40,764 nucleotides of DNA from Lachnospiraceae bacterium (GTDB lineage: Bacteria > Bacillota > Clostridia > Lachnospirales > Lachnospiraceae), in contig JAZSIB010000071.1 of assembly GCA_045533585.1 (NCBI GenBank), positions 1-40,764 of the forward strand, in the 5' to 3' direction. Positions 18,359 to 27,549 of the stretch are shown one piece after another (the first letter of the stretch is position 1; the number at the start of each line of letters is the position of its first letter). The notes below the pieces were generated by a model that saw only the letters and a list, made by a program, of their open reading frames with translations, was not told the origin of the DNA and did not search any database. Position numbers and translations under genes: made by a program.

Positions 18359-18396
18359 TTAATACTCCTGTCCACTATCTCGGAGAACAAAAAATA

Positions 18397-18672
18397 TTAA
18401 AGTCTTGAATAAATCAAAATGCTGATGATAACACCGATAATACTCGCAATCGATATGCGGATAGATAATCCGAAAGTAATAATCAGTACACCGATATTAA
18501 GCTGTAACGCTCCGGAACCATCCGGTGATCCCAGACCGAACTCTTGTCCGTAATTTAACCATGAAAGCCAGGAGACATCTCGGGAAAGATATCCTAAAAA
18601 TCCTCCGATAACTACACCGGCTAACAAAAAGAGTGTAAAAACCACACCGTTTTTTCTTGATGCACGCGCCAT
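18397..18672 (-). CDS. DUF4321 domain-containing membrane protein
   Basis: Trimmed to the ATG at 18672 (GAGGTG RBS). LSWLNYGQEFGL plus two hydrophobic helices match my recollection of DUF4321, which is commonly next to radC/mreB in Clostridia. Confidence 0.65.
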   Translation of the reverse strand: MARASRKNGVVFTLFLLAGVVIGGFLGYLSRDVSWLSWLNYGQEFGLGSPDGSGALQLNIGVLIITFGLSIRISIASIIGVIISILIYSRL

Positions 18673-18765
18673 AATACACCTCATTTCTACGATTCATTGC
18701 ATCGCAAATCCCGCAAAAATAACATTAATTTATCATATCACAAATCAAACAATTTGTATAGTAAT

Positions 18766-20052
18766 TTAGAGTGAAACGAGACTACTTTCCCATATTTTTT
18801 GCAGCGACATCATGATGCCGAATTTCGCGTGATACCAGGTCAGACCGCCTTGAAAATACACAGCATACGGCGGCTCAATCGGTGCATCCGCAGATAACTC
18901 AATCGAGGAACCCTGAATAAACGCACCGGCAGCCATAATCACTTCTGAATGATATCCGGGCATCGCCCACGGTTCGGGCACTACATAACTGTCTACCGGT
19001 GCGGCTGCCTGAATACCACGGCAAAATGCGATAATACCTTCAGCAGAACCTAAGGTGACAGCCTGAATAATATCATGACGCGATTCCGTGCTGTTCGGAA
19101 CTACCGGGAATCCAAGCTTTTCATATATATTTGCTGCATATACAGCACCCTTTAATGCTCCTGCGGTTACGGTCGGTGCATTGAAAAGCCCCTGATAGAA
19201 GGAACGGTTCAATCCTAAAGTAGCACCCACCTCTGATCCAAGTCCCGGTGCAGTCAGGCGATAGGCACAATTCTCAATCAAGTCACGCTTTCCGGCAATA
19301 TAACCGCCAATCGGTGCAAGACCGCCACCCGGATTTTTAATCAGAGAACCGACACAAAGGTCTGCCCCGACATCCGTTGGTTCGATTATCTCAACAAATT
19401 CTCCGTAACAGTTATCAACCATACAGATAACATCCGGCTTAATCTCCTTGATAAATGAAATCAGTTCACCGATTCTTGCTACAGACAACGTTGGACGTGT
19501 CTGATAACCCTTGGAACGCTGTATGGTTACCATTTTGGTTTTGTCTGTGATTGCGTTACGGATACCCTCGTAATCAAATCCGCCGTCCGGCAGTAAGTCT
19601 GTCTGCCGGTAACTGATTCCGAATTCAGCAAGGGAACCTTTTTGTTCACGGATACCGATAACGCCTTCTAATGTATCATATGGTTTTCCGACAGGAGAAA
19701 ACAACTCGTCTCCCGGTCGCAGATTTGCAGAAAGTGCAACCGTCAGCGCATGTGTGCCACAGGTGATCTGCGGACGTACCAATGCAGCTTCTGTATGGAA
19801 AATATCAGCATAAACCTGTTCCAACGTTTCTCTTCCGCTATCATTGTAGCCATAACCGGTGGATTCGGCAAAATGATTTTCTGCAACCCGATTTTTTTGC
19901 ATGGCATGCAGAACCTTCATCTGGTTATATTCAGCAACTTCATCAATTTGCTCAAAACGTTCTTTCAATCCGTCTTCTACGGCATTGCAAAAATTAATCA
20001 CCTTATCAGCCAAACCTAATTTTTTGTACTGTTCATACACATAACTGTTCAT
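18766..20052 (-). CDS. Methionine gamma-lyase family (YnbB / aluminium-resistance-type) PLP-dependent protein
   Basis: Cys/Met-metabolism PLP fold with GSLIKNPGGG and TCGTHAL motifs. Start moved to the ATG at 20052 (GAGG RBS). Lies downstream of miaA. Confidence 0.78.
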   Translation of the reverse strand: MNSYVYEQYKKLGLADKVINFCNAVEDGLKERFEQIDEVAEYNQMKVLHAMQKNRVAENHFAESTGYGYNDSGRETLEQVYADIFHTEAALVRPQITCGTHALTVALSANLRPGDELFSPVGKPYDTLEGVIGIREQKGSLAEFGISYRQTDLLPDGGFDYEGIRNAITDKTKMVTIQRSKGYQTRPTLSVARIGELISFIKEIKPDVICMVDNCYGEFVEIIEPTDVGADLCVGSLIKNPGGGLAPIGGYIAGKRDLIENCAYRLTAPGLGSEVGATLGLNRSFYQGLFNAPTVTAGALKGAVYAANIYEKLGFPVVPNSTESRHDIIQAVTLGSAEGIIAFCRGIQAAAPVDSYVVPEPWAMPGYHSEVIMAAGAFIQGSSIELSADAPIEPPYAVYFQGGLTWYHAKFGIMMSLQKIWESSLVSL

Positions 20053-20060
20053 ATATTTCC

Positions 20061-21074
20061 TCACTTTATCCTGGGAACAATTCCATGTTCCTGTAAATAT
20101 TTAATCATATAAGCCTCAATTGCTTCATCCGTATCCATATCCGGAGTTGCAAATTGGTCTTTATCCAGCCAGACCACATCACGTTCTCTGCGGAACCACG
20201 TCAACTGACGCTTGGCGAAATGTCTGGTATCGCGTTTTAGAATATAAACAGCTTCCTCCAGTGTAATCTCTCCCTGCAGATAACGGATTATCTCTTTATA
20301 ACCAAGCCCTTGCATGGAAACCATATCCGGAGTACAGCCTTCTGCTAAAAGTGCCTCCACTTCCTTTACCAATCCATCTTGTAACATGACATCTACACGT
20401 CGGTCAATTCTGTCATACAGAGTTTCACGATTCATCGTAAGAACAAAATATGCAGAATTATACGCTGAGTCGTGCTGCTTTTGTTCTGCGTTATGGTCGG
20501 AAATTCTTTCTCCTGTCAGCTCATAAAATTCAACCGCACGAATCACCCGTTTTTTGTTGTTGGGATGAATCTGTTCTGCGGCTGCAGGGTCAATCTGCTG
20601 CAGATAGTTATATAAGCGGATACCGTCGTCCTTTTGTGCCTCTGCTTCCAATCGGTTCCTCAACTCAGTATTTACATCATTTTCAGTAAAATTAATGTCA
20701 TATAATAACGACTGGATATAAAAACCTGTTCCGCCGACAACAATCGGTACTTTCCCTCGTTCTTGGATATCGCATACTGCTTTTTTTGCATATTCCTGAA
20801 AACTTACCACATTAAAGTCTTCCCAAGGTTCCAGAATATCAATCAGGTGATGCCGTATTTCTGCCTGTTCTGCGTCACTTGCTTTTGCAGTACCGATATT
20901 CATACGCTTATAAACCTGCATGGAATCGGCAGATATAATTTCACCGTTTATCTTCTTCGCAAGTGATATAGAAAGCGTTGTCTTACCGACAGAAGTTGGT
21001 CCTGTCAGAATAATAAGTGGATTTGACTGCATATTTTTCTCACACAATTCGTTTGAATTTTTTTTCGATTTCAT
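20061..21074 (-). CDS. miaA: tRNA dimethylallyltransferase
   Basis: P-loop GPTSVGKT and SADSMQVYKRMNIGTAK. An alternative start at 21032 (MQSNPLIILTGPT) would avoid a 35-nt overlap with mutL. Neither start has a strong RBS. Confidence 0.9.
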   Translation of the reverse strand: MKSKKNSNELCEKNMQSNPLIILTGPTSVGKTTLSISLAKKINGEIISADSMQVYKRMNIGTAKASDAEQAEIRHHLIDILEPWEDFNVVSFQEYAKKAVCDIQERGKVPIVVGGTGFYIQSLLYDINFTENDVNTELRNRLEAEAQKDDGIRLYNYLQQIDPAAAEQIHPNNKKRVIRAVEFYELTGERISDHNAEQKQHDSAYNSAYFVLTMNRETLYDRIDRRVDVMLQDGLVKEVEALLAEGCTPDMVSMQGLGYKEIIRYLQGEITLEEAVYILKRDTRHFAKRQLTWFRRERDVVWLDKDQFATPDMDTDEAIEAYMIKYLQEHGIVPRIK

Positions 21075-23019
21075 ATTTGCTTAGCTCAATTGTTACCGGT
21101 CTTCCGTGCGGACAATGGAACGGGTTTTCCAACTGCATTAACTGCCGTATCAATGCCTCAGCTTCAACAAAGGATAAATGCTGATTTCCTTTTACTGCTG
21201 CTTTGCACGACATGGATGCAATTTTTTCATAGATGCTTTCCGGTTCGGTAAGTATGCCGCCGTCAGCCAAATCATCTAAAAATTCAAGTAAGAGTTCTTT
21301 TTTACCGATAGAACTCATTCCGGCCGGTACAGCTGATATCTTATACTCCTTACCGCCAAACGCTTCAATCTCATACCCTAAGTTACTCAGATACGGAAGA
21401 ATCTGCTCCAAAGTTTCCTGCTCACGAAGATTCAGACTGACAACCATAGGCGGGTACAGCTGCTGCGAAACTGCTTGTGAAACTTTATGGGCTTCCATCA
21501 GTTTTTCATACAACACACGCTCATGCGCTGCATGTTGGTCAATAATATAGAGCTTATTATCTGATTCCACCATCCAATAGGTTGAAAAAAGCTGACCGAT
21601 AACGCGATATTCTACGCGCTTCTCTTCAGACAAAAAACTGAATTGACGGTTTTCTTCCGTTGCTTCCGGTTCATGTTTCTTTACACTTGTGTTTTGTAAA
21701 ACTGTTGAATCAGGCATCCTGATCGGTTCTGCAACATCAGAATTCTCGCAGACCTCTTCCGAAATTTGCTTTTCAACCTTTATCTGCGGAACAAAAATTT
21801 CTGTTTCCTTTTCTTCAGATTTCGTTTCTTCGATTTTCGGCACTTCGGACGCCTTCTTAATATCCGGGAAAATTGTTTCCTTATTGTTCTGCATAGCATT
21901 GCGCGCATATGGAACTTGTTCTGCCACAATAGAAGCCTTTTTCTCAAACGGTTCCGGTGCAAAACTTGGGATTGTTTTTACAACAGGCGTCGGTTTTGCT
22001 GTTGTTTCCAGACTGGCCTTCGGTATCGTCTCTCTTTCTACTACAGTAGTCCTTATGCTGTGATAAACAAATTCGTAAATCTGCTCCGGCTGGGTAAAGC
22101 GGACTTCCAATTTGGCCGGATGTACGTTCACATCAAACATCTCAGCGGGAATCTGCAACATCAGAACCGTAAAAGGATATTTGTTCTGCATCAGATAGCC
22201 ACGGTATGCTTCCTCAATTGCCTTTGCAATCAATGGATTTTTAATATATCGACCATTTAGAAAATAATTTTCAAAATTACGATTCCCTCGGGAAATCACT
22301 GGTTTTGCAATCATACCGCTGAGCTGAAAATCACCAACTTTTTTGTTTACCTCTAATAATTCTGCCGCGATTTCACGCCCATATATACCATATACGATAT
22401 CTCTTAGTTTTCCGTTACCTGAAGTATTGATAATCAGCTTTCCGTTATTGGTAAACTTAACGGCTACGTTAGGATTCGAAAGTGCAATCCGTTCCATAAC
22501 ATCATTGACATATCCGGCCTCAGTCATTGCTGTCTTTAAGAATTTTCTTCGTACCGGTGTGTTGTAAAAAAGGTCGTTTACTACAAATGTAGTTCCGTCA
22601 GGACATCCAACTTCTTCCTCACTCTGCTTCACACCGCCATGTATTACATAACGGATACCGGTTAAATCTTCTCTTTGCTTTGTAATTAATTCTAATTGAG
22701 AGACAGCCGCAATACTGGATAAAGCCTCACCACGAAAACCAAGCGAGCTCACTGATGTCAAGTCTTCTGCGCAACGTATCTTGCTGGTAGTATTCTTTTG
22801 AAATGCAATATCAAGGTCGTCACGCTCGAAACCGATTCCGTTATCCGTCACCCGGATCTGGACTGTGCCGCCGCCATTGATTGATACAGATACAGCGGTA
22901 GCACCGGCATCGATTGAATTTTCAACCAGTTCCTTTACTACGGAAGCCGGACGTTCAACCACCTCACCTGCGGCGATTTTATTAATCGTATCCTGATCCA
23001 GTATATTAATTCTTGCCAT
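21040..23019 (-). CDS. mutL: DNA mismatch repair protein MutL
   Basis: GHKL ATPase motifs IAAGEVVERPASVVKELVENSIDAG, DNGIG and LGFRGEAL. C-terminal endonuclease-type domain (CPHGRP). Confidence 0.93.
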   Translation of the reverse strand: MARINILDQDTINKIAAGEVVERPASVVKELVENSIDAGATAVSVSINGGGTVQIRVTDNGIGFERDDLDIAFQKNTTSKIRCAEDLTSVSSLGFRGEALSSIAAVSQLELITKQREDLTGIRYVIHGGVKQSEEEVGCPDGTTFVVNDLFYNTPVRRKFLKTAMTEAGYVNDVMERIALSNPNVAVKFTNNGKLIINTSGNGKLRDIVYGIYGREIAAELLEVNKKVGDFQLSGMIAKPVISRGNRNFENYFLNGRYIKNPLIAKAIEEAYRGYLMQNKYPFTVLMLQIPAEMFDVNVHPAKLEVRFTQPEQIYEFVYHSIRTTVVERETIPKASLETTAKPTPVVKTIPSFAPEPFEKKASIVAEQVPYARNAMQNNKETIFPDIKKASEVPKIEETKSEEKETEIFVPQIKVEKQISEEVCENSDVAEPIRMPDSTVLQNTSVKKHEPEATEENRQFSFLSEEKRVEYRVIGQLFSTYWMVESDNKLYIIDQHAAHERVLYEKLMEAHKVSQAVSQQLYPPMVVSLNLREQETLEQILPYLSNLGYEIEAFGGKEYKISAVPAGMSSIGKKELLLEFLDDLADGGILTEPESIYEKIASMSCKAAVKGNQHLSFVEAEALIRQLMQLENPFHCPHGRPVTIELSKYEIEKKFKRIV

Positions 23020-23050
23020 AAGCTCCTCCGCTTCACTTAGCCAGCTTACT

Positions 23051-25669
23051 CTAGCTTAACTTCATCTGCAAATCATACAGCTTTGTAAAAGCCTCCATCG
23101 GCGTCATATTTGATAAATCAAGTGACTGCAATTCATCAAGCACACGTTTGTTAATCTGCTCCTGTGCTTCCGTGAATAACGAAAGCTGTTCTGGAATTGC
23201 ATCTTTTCGTACCTGTTCTACAGCTTTTTGTACTCTTCCGGCACGTTCGGCAATATCATTTTCACTCAACTCATCTGCAATCTCTCTGGCACGTTTTAAT
23301 ACTGCTTCGGGTACACCGGCAAGCCTTGCAACCTGAATACCATAGCTTTTGTCAGCTCCTCCGGGAATAATCTTACGTAAGAATACAATATCTTCTCCCT
23401 GCTCCTTGACAGCGATACAGTAATTGTTCACACTTTCGAGCTTACCCTCTAATTCCGTCAGTTCATGATAGTGGGTCGCAAATAATGTTTTCGCACCAAG
23501 TATCTTAGGATTTGCAATATGCTCCACTACCGCCCAGGCAATACTGAGACCATCATAAGTACTTGTTCCGCGTCCGATTTCATCAAGAATCAACAGGCTG
23601 TTCTTGGTTGCATTCTTTAATATGTTTGCAACCTCGTTCATCTCTACCATAAAGGTACATTGACCGGAGGCCAGATCATCAGATGCTCCGACACGGGTAA
23701 AAATACGGTCTACTATGCCGATATCTGCTTCATCTGCCGGTACAAACGAACCGATCTGTGCCATCAAAACAATCAATGCAGTCTGACGCATATAAGTGGA
23801 TTTTCCGGCCATATTGGGACCTGTAATAATGGCAATCCTCTGTGCCTGATTATCCAGATAGGTATCATTTGCCACAAACAAGTCATGGTTTTGTATCTTC
23901 TCTACAACCGGATGCCGTCCGTTCTTAATGTTGATAACTCCCTTTTTGTTAATGGAAGGACGAACGAAACGATTTGACATCGCAACATAGCTCAGAGAGG
24001 CAAACATATCAATTTTAGCAATTGCTTTGGCCGTCTGCTGGATACGCTGTACCTGTGAGGCAATCTGTTCCCTGACATCAGCAAACAAATCATATTCCAA
24101 GGTGTACAGACGGTCTTCGGCATTTAGAATCTTGTCTTCCAGCTCCTTCAGTTCTGCCGTTGTATAACGTTCGGCATTTGTCAAAGTCTGCTTTCTGACC
24201 CAGTCCATCGGAACCAGGTCTTTGAAGGAATTTGTAACTTCCAGATAATATCCGAAGACACGATTGTACCGAATGCGAAGGTTTTTGATTCCTGTTTTTT
24301 CTTTTTCCCTTTCTTCCAAAGCCAGGAGCCAGCTCTTACCTTCCGTCTTTGCTGCACGCAGGATATCGACTTCTTCATAATATCCCTGTTTGATAATTCC
24401 GCCTTCTCTTACTGCAATCGGCGGTTCATCTTCAATCGCTGCCTCAATCAGGCTGTGAAGGTCCTCCAAAGGATCAATTTCATTATATACAGAACGAAGA
24501 AGTTCGGAAGTCATACCCGAAAGCAGGGAACGGATATGCGGTAACATTGCCAGAGATGTCTTAAACGCAGTCAGGTCTCTGGGATTGGCACTCTGGTAAC
24601 TCACACGGCTCATCAGACGCTCCAAATCATAGACTGCATTCAGATATTCTCTGATCTCTTCACGATTAATAGCGTTATCATTCAGTTCCTCAATCGCATC
24701 CAAACGTTGTTCAATCTCTTTTTTATCAATCAAAGGCTGCTCAATACAGCTTCGAAGATATCTTGCCCCCATTGCGGTTTTCGTCTTATCAAGTACCCAC
24801 AAAAGAGAGCCTCTTTTTTGTTTTTCCCGCATGGTTTCAATCAATTCAAGATTCCGTCTGGTAGAATTGTCAATCGTCATATAACGCCCGGAAACATACG
24901 GGATAATTCTGGTGATATGAATCAGTGAATTTTTCTGTGTCTCGGTAAGATATTGCATGATAGAGCCTGCAGCACAAAGCCCCGTACTATATTCGCCAAG
25001 ACCGAGTTCAGCATTACTACTCACATGAAAATGCTCATAAAGCGCTTTTTCACAAGCGGTGAGATCATACATATCGTCTGTAAGCACGGTAATCACGACA
25101 TGATAACGTTCCTTAACCTCATCCATATTAAAACCACTCATCAAAAACACCGGATTACAAAGAATCTCCTTCGGAGCGAATTTAATCATCTCATCCTCAG
25201 CTTTTGATAGCTGATCTGTCTCTGTTACATAAAAATCACCCGTAGTTACATCAACAACAGAAATACCATAGTTTGTTCCGGAATATATGATGCACATCAG
25301 ATAATTGTTGCGCGTTTCATCCAAAGACTGTGTATTCATATTGGTTCCCGGCGTTACGATTCGTACCACTTCACGCTTCACCAGACCTTTGGCCTGTTTC
25401 GGGTCCTCTGCCTGTTCACAGATGGCAACACGGTAGCCTTTGTTTACCAGTTTTGTAAGATACCCTTCTGCTGCATGATACGGTACTCCGCACATCGGTG
25501 CACGTTCCGGTTCACCACAGTCTTTTCCTGTCAGGGTAATCTCCAGTTCTCTTGACGCAACAATTGCATCCTCGTAAAACATCTCGTAAAAATCTCCGAG
25601 ACGATAAAAAAGGATGCAATCTTTGTACTGGTTTTTTATTTCAAAATACTGAATCATTAAAGGTGTCAT
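23051..25669 (-). CDS. mutS: DNA mismatch repair protein MutS
   Basis: Mismatch-binding motif GDFYEMF, Walker A GPNMAGKST, DEIGRGTSTYDG and ATHYHEL. Size 872 aa. Confidence 0.95.
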   Translation of the reverse strand: MTPLMIQYFEIKNQYKDCILFYRLGDFYEMFYEDAIVASRELEITLTGKDCGEPERAPMCGVPYHAAEGYLTKLVNKGYRVAICEQAEDPKQAKGLVKREVVRIVTPGTNMNTQSLDETRNNYLMCIIYSGTNYGISVVDVTTGDFYVTETDQLSKAEDEMIKFAPKEILCNPVFLMSGFNMDEVKERYHVVITVLTDDMYDLTACEKALYEHFHVSSNAELGLGEYSTGLCAAGSIMQYLTETQKNSLIHITRIIPYVSGRYMTIDNSTRRNLELIETMREKQKRGSLLWVLDKTKTAMGARYLRSCIEQPLIDKKEIEQRLDAIEELNDNAINREEIREYLNAVYDLERLMSRVSYQSANPRDLTAFKTSLAMLPHIRSLLSGMTSELLRSVYNEIDPLEDLHSLIEAAIEDEPPIAVREGGIIKQGYYEEVDILRAAKTEGKSWLLALEEREKEKTGIKNLRIRYNRVFGYYLEVTNSFKDLVPMDWVRKQTLTNAERYTTAELKELEDKILNAEDRLYTLEYDLFADVREQIASQVQRIQQTAKAIAKIDMFASLSYVAMSNRFVRPSINKKGVINIKNGRHPVVEKIQNHDLFVANDTYLDNQAQRIAIITGPNMAGKSTYMRQTALIVLMAQIGSFVPADEADIGIVDRIFTRVGASDDLASGQCTFMVEMNEVANILKNATKNSLLILDEIGRGTSTYDGLSIAWAVVEHIANPKILGAKTLFATHYHELTELEGKLESVNNYCIAVKEQGEDIVFLRKIIPGGADKSYGIQVARLAGVPEAVLKRAREIADELSENDIAERAGRVQKAVEQVRKDAIPEQLSLFTEAQEQINKRVLDELQSLDLSNMTPMEAFTKLYDLQMKLS

Positions 25670-25735
25670 ATGTATTTATAATCTCCTCTTTTGCAGCGTA
25701 ATATCGTTTGACTGCAACTAACCCCAATATAATCA

Positions 25736-25764
25736 ATTATAAATTTATGACCACTCAATGTCAA
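25736..25764 (-). promoter_or_regulatory. Exact-consensus sigma-A promoter upstream of mutS
   Basis: Minus strand reads TTGACA (25764-25759), 17-nt spacer, TATAAT (25741-25736). It lies about 67 nt upstream of the mutS ATG. Confidence 0.65.
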
Positions 25765-25795
25765 TCGAACATATCGAATCATTCAACGATATTTA

Positions 25796-27433
25796 CTAAA
25801 CTTTTTTCCAAATTCCGTTTTCTAAAAATGTTTCGCAAGCATTCTGTGAATTTGAAATAATATCCTTTGGATAACCAAGCAGTTCCAGTAGCCTGATAGC
25901 ATTTCTGGACTTTGATTTTCCTTCATAAAGCATATAATCAAACAGAATATCACCGTCTGTAATTTGTTCCTGAAAATGATAATTACGATAATGCTCTTCC
26001 AAAATCGAAGTAAGCTCCAAATCATGTGTTGCAGCAAAACAAATACAGTGATTCTTTGACAATGTTGCAAGTATCGTTGAGGATGCGGCAATACGTTCCA
26101 GCGTATTGGTGCCACGTAACACTTCATCAATAAAACAAAGCATCGGTATCTCATCATTCGAGTTATCAAGAATTCTTTTGAGTGATTTGATCTCGACAAT
26201 ATAATAGCTTTCATGTCCCAACAGATTATCTGTTAATGCCATAGAAGAAGCAATCCGGAAAAACGAAGCCCGGTAAGACTTACAAATTGCAGTGGCAATG
26301 GTTTGGGATAAGACTGCATTTATTGCCACTGTCTTGATGAAGGTGGATTTACCGGAAGCATTGGAACCTGTAAGAAGCACTGACTTTGTGGTCTGGATGG
26401 AATTACTTACTGCATTGTCAATCATGGGATGATAGACAGAATCAATCTCTAAAAACGGTTGTTTCATCCGGTTCGAATCCGACTTTTTGGTTTCAATAAG
26501 TTCCGGCTTGCTCCAACAACTTAAGATTCTGCGGAATGAGGCACAGGCAATCATACTGTCAAGGAAACCAAAGGTTTCGTATAAGTTGTTTAATGACTGA
26601 ATTTCTTCCCTATATATCCGCAGCATTCGGTAAAACAAGATTAAATCCGTATGTGTCAGGATACGAAAATAATCCAGCATCAGATCTGCAATATTCCCAC
26701 CTTTCATGGCTGCTACCACAAAACCACCTTTGTTGAAGGTTTTTAATTTCTTTGCCGAAATTTTAATTGCGTTTTGATACTCCTGTAACTCCGGGATATG
26801 AAGTTTTTCAAGCTTTTCTGCCGCTTTCAGGGTGCGCATAATCGTTACAATGACGGAATAATAGGAATCGATTTTTGCCTTCCCGGAAAAATACGTAAAC
26901 ACACTATAGGTTATGGTTGCAATCAGAAGAAGCAGTCCGATTGCCGGGTTCAAAAACAGGAACAGGATTGAAGACGGATACAACAGATTCATCAAAATAT
27001 GCTTCAAACTATTCTCCGGTTCAATGCTGCCAAGGCGGTTAATGTACTCATATAAAGAAATTGATTTCACCTTCCCGATAGAGGCTAATATATACATCAA
27101 TTCCAGGCGTTTTTCTTCATTGGCATCGATATATTCCATAACGCGGTCACGTTCCTGTTGCGTCGCGGAATCGAAGTAAGGCTTGCGAAGGAGAGAATAC
27201 AGGTATTCTTCTCCCATGGAAGAACAGGTATTATTAATCAAGATATAAAAACTATCCATATCAAGGTCGTTCCATGTAATGTCATCAACGTCATTTGCTG
27301 AATCAACATGCTTGGAATAATAATATTTTAACGCCTGAAGCTGATCAGCCGTATATTCCTGCTGCGGTATCTGCCCCCAGCGTTTTTTTAATTTCTCAAT
27401 TGTTTTTTTCTTTTTTGAAAACAAGTCAAACAC
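25796..27433 (-). CDS. MutS-related ATPase lacking the mismatch-binding domain, with a predicted transmembrane hairpin
   Basis: MutS domain V motifs GSNASGKST, ESYYIVEIKSLKRIL, FIDEVLRGTN and ATHDLEL. The N-terminal part is domain-III-like (DITWNDLDMDSFY...MGEEYLYSLLRKP). Hydrophobic stretch LLYPSSILFLFLNPAIGLLLLIATITYSVF. The ORF-track start at 27535 lies in the spoIVA terminator, and the ATG at 27487 lies inside a -35 box. The GTG at 27433 has AAGGGG 7 nt upstream. Confidence 0.8.
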   Translation of the reverse strand: MFDLFSKKKKTIEKLKKRWGQIPQQEYTADQLQALKYYYSKHVDSANDVDDITWNDLDMDSFYILINNTCSSMGEEYLYSLLRKPYFDSATQQERDRVMEYIDANEEKRLELMYILASIGKVKSISLYEYINRLGSIEPENSLKHILMNLLYPSSILFLFLNPAIGLLLLIATITYSVFTYFSGKAKIDSYYSVIVTIMRTLKAAEKLEKLHIPELQEYQNAIKISAKKLKTFNKGGFVVAAMKGGNIADLMLDYFRILTHTDLILFYRMLRIYREEIQSLNNLYETFGFLDSMIACASFRRILSCWSKPELIETKKSDSNRMKQPFLEIDSVYHPMIDNAVSNSIQTTKSVLLTGSNASGKSTFIKTVAINAVLSQTIATAICKSYRASFFRIASSMALTDNLLGHESYYIVEIKSLKRILDNSNDEIPMLCFIDEVLRGTNTLERIAASSTILATLSKNHCICFAATHDLELTSILEEHYRNYHFQEQITDGDILFDYMLYEGKSKSRNAIRLLELLGYPKDIISNSQNACETFLENGIWKKV

Positions 27434-27463
27434 AACAATACCCCTTACTGTTAATGATAATTT

Positions 27464-27492
27464 ATTATAGGATTCCGTATAAACCATGTCAA
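27464..27492 (-). promoter_or_regulatory. Exact-consensus sigma-A promoter upstream of the MutS paralogue
   Basis: Minus strand reads TTGACA (27492-27487), 17-nt spacer, TATAAT (27469-27464), immediately after the spoIVA terminator. Confidence 0.65.
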
Positions 27493-27504
27493 GGATTGGC
27501 AGAT

Positions 27505-27536
27505 ACAAAAAATGAGCCGGCAGCAGTCGGCTCATT
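27505..27536 (-). terminator. Rho-independent terminator after spoIVA
   Basis: Minus strand: AATGAGCCG / CGGCTCATT stem (9 bp, 8-nt loop) followed by TTTTTTG. Confidence 0.75.
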
Positions 27537-27549
27537 TCGTTTTATTCTA

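Noticed and set aside
21233-22260. Cluster of + strand ORFs (105, 124 and 164 aa)
   Set aside because: All are antisense to mutL, mutually overlapping in different frames, low-complexity and without RBS.
25822-26214. 130-aa minus-strand ORF in an alternative frame
   Set aside because: It is nested out of frame inside the ATPase domain of the MutS paralogue, whose frame carries the Walker and signature motifs.
27434-27535. N-terminal 34 codons of the ORF-track MutS-paralogue ORF (MSRLLPAHFLYLPILDMVYTE...)
   Set aside because: The first codons are the stem and U-tract of the spoIVA terminator. The ATG at 27487 is inside the TTGACA -35 box, so a transcript from that promoter cannot include them.
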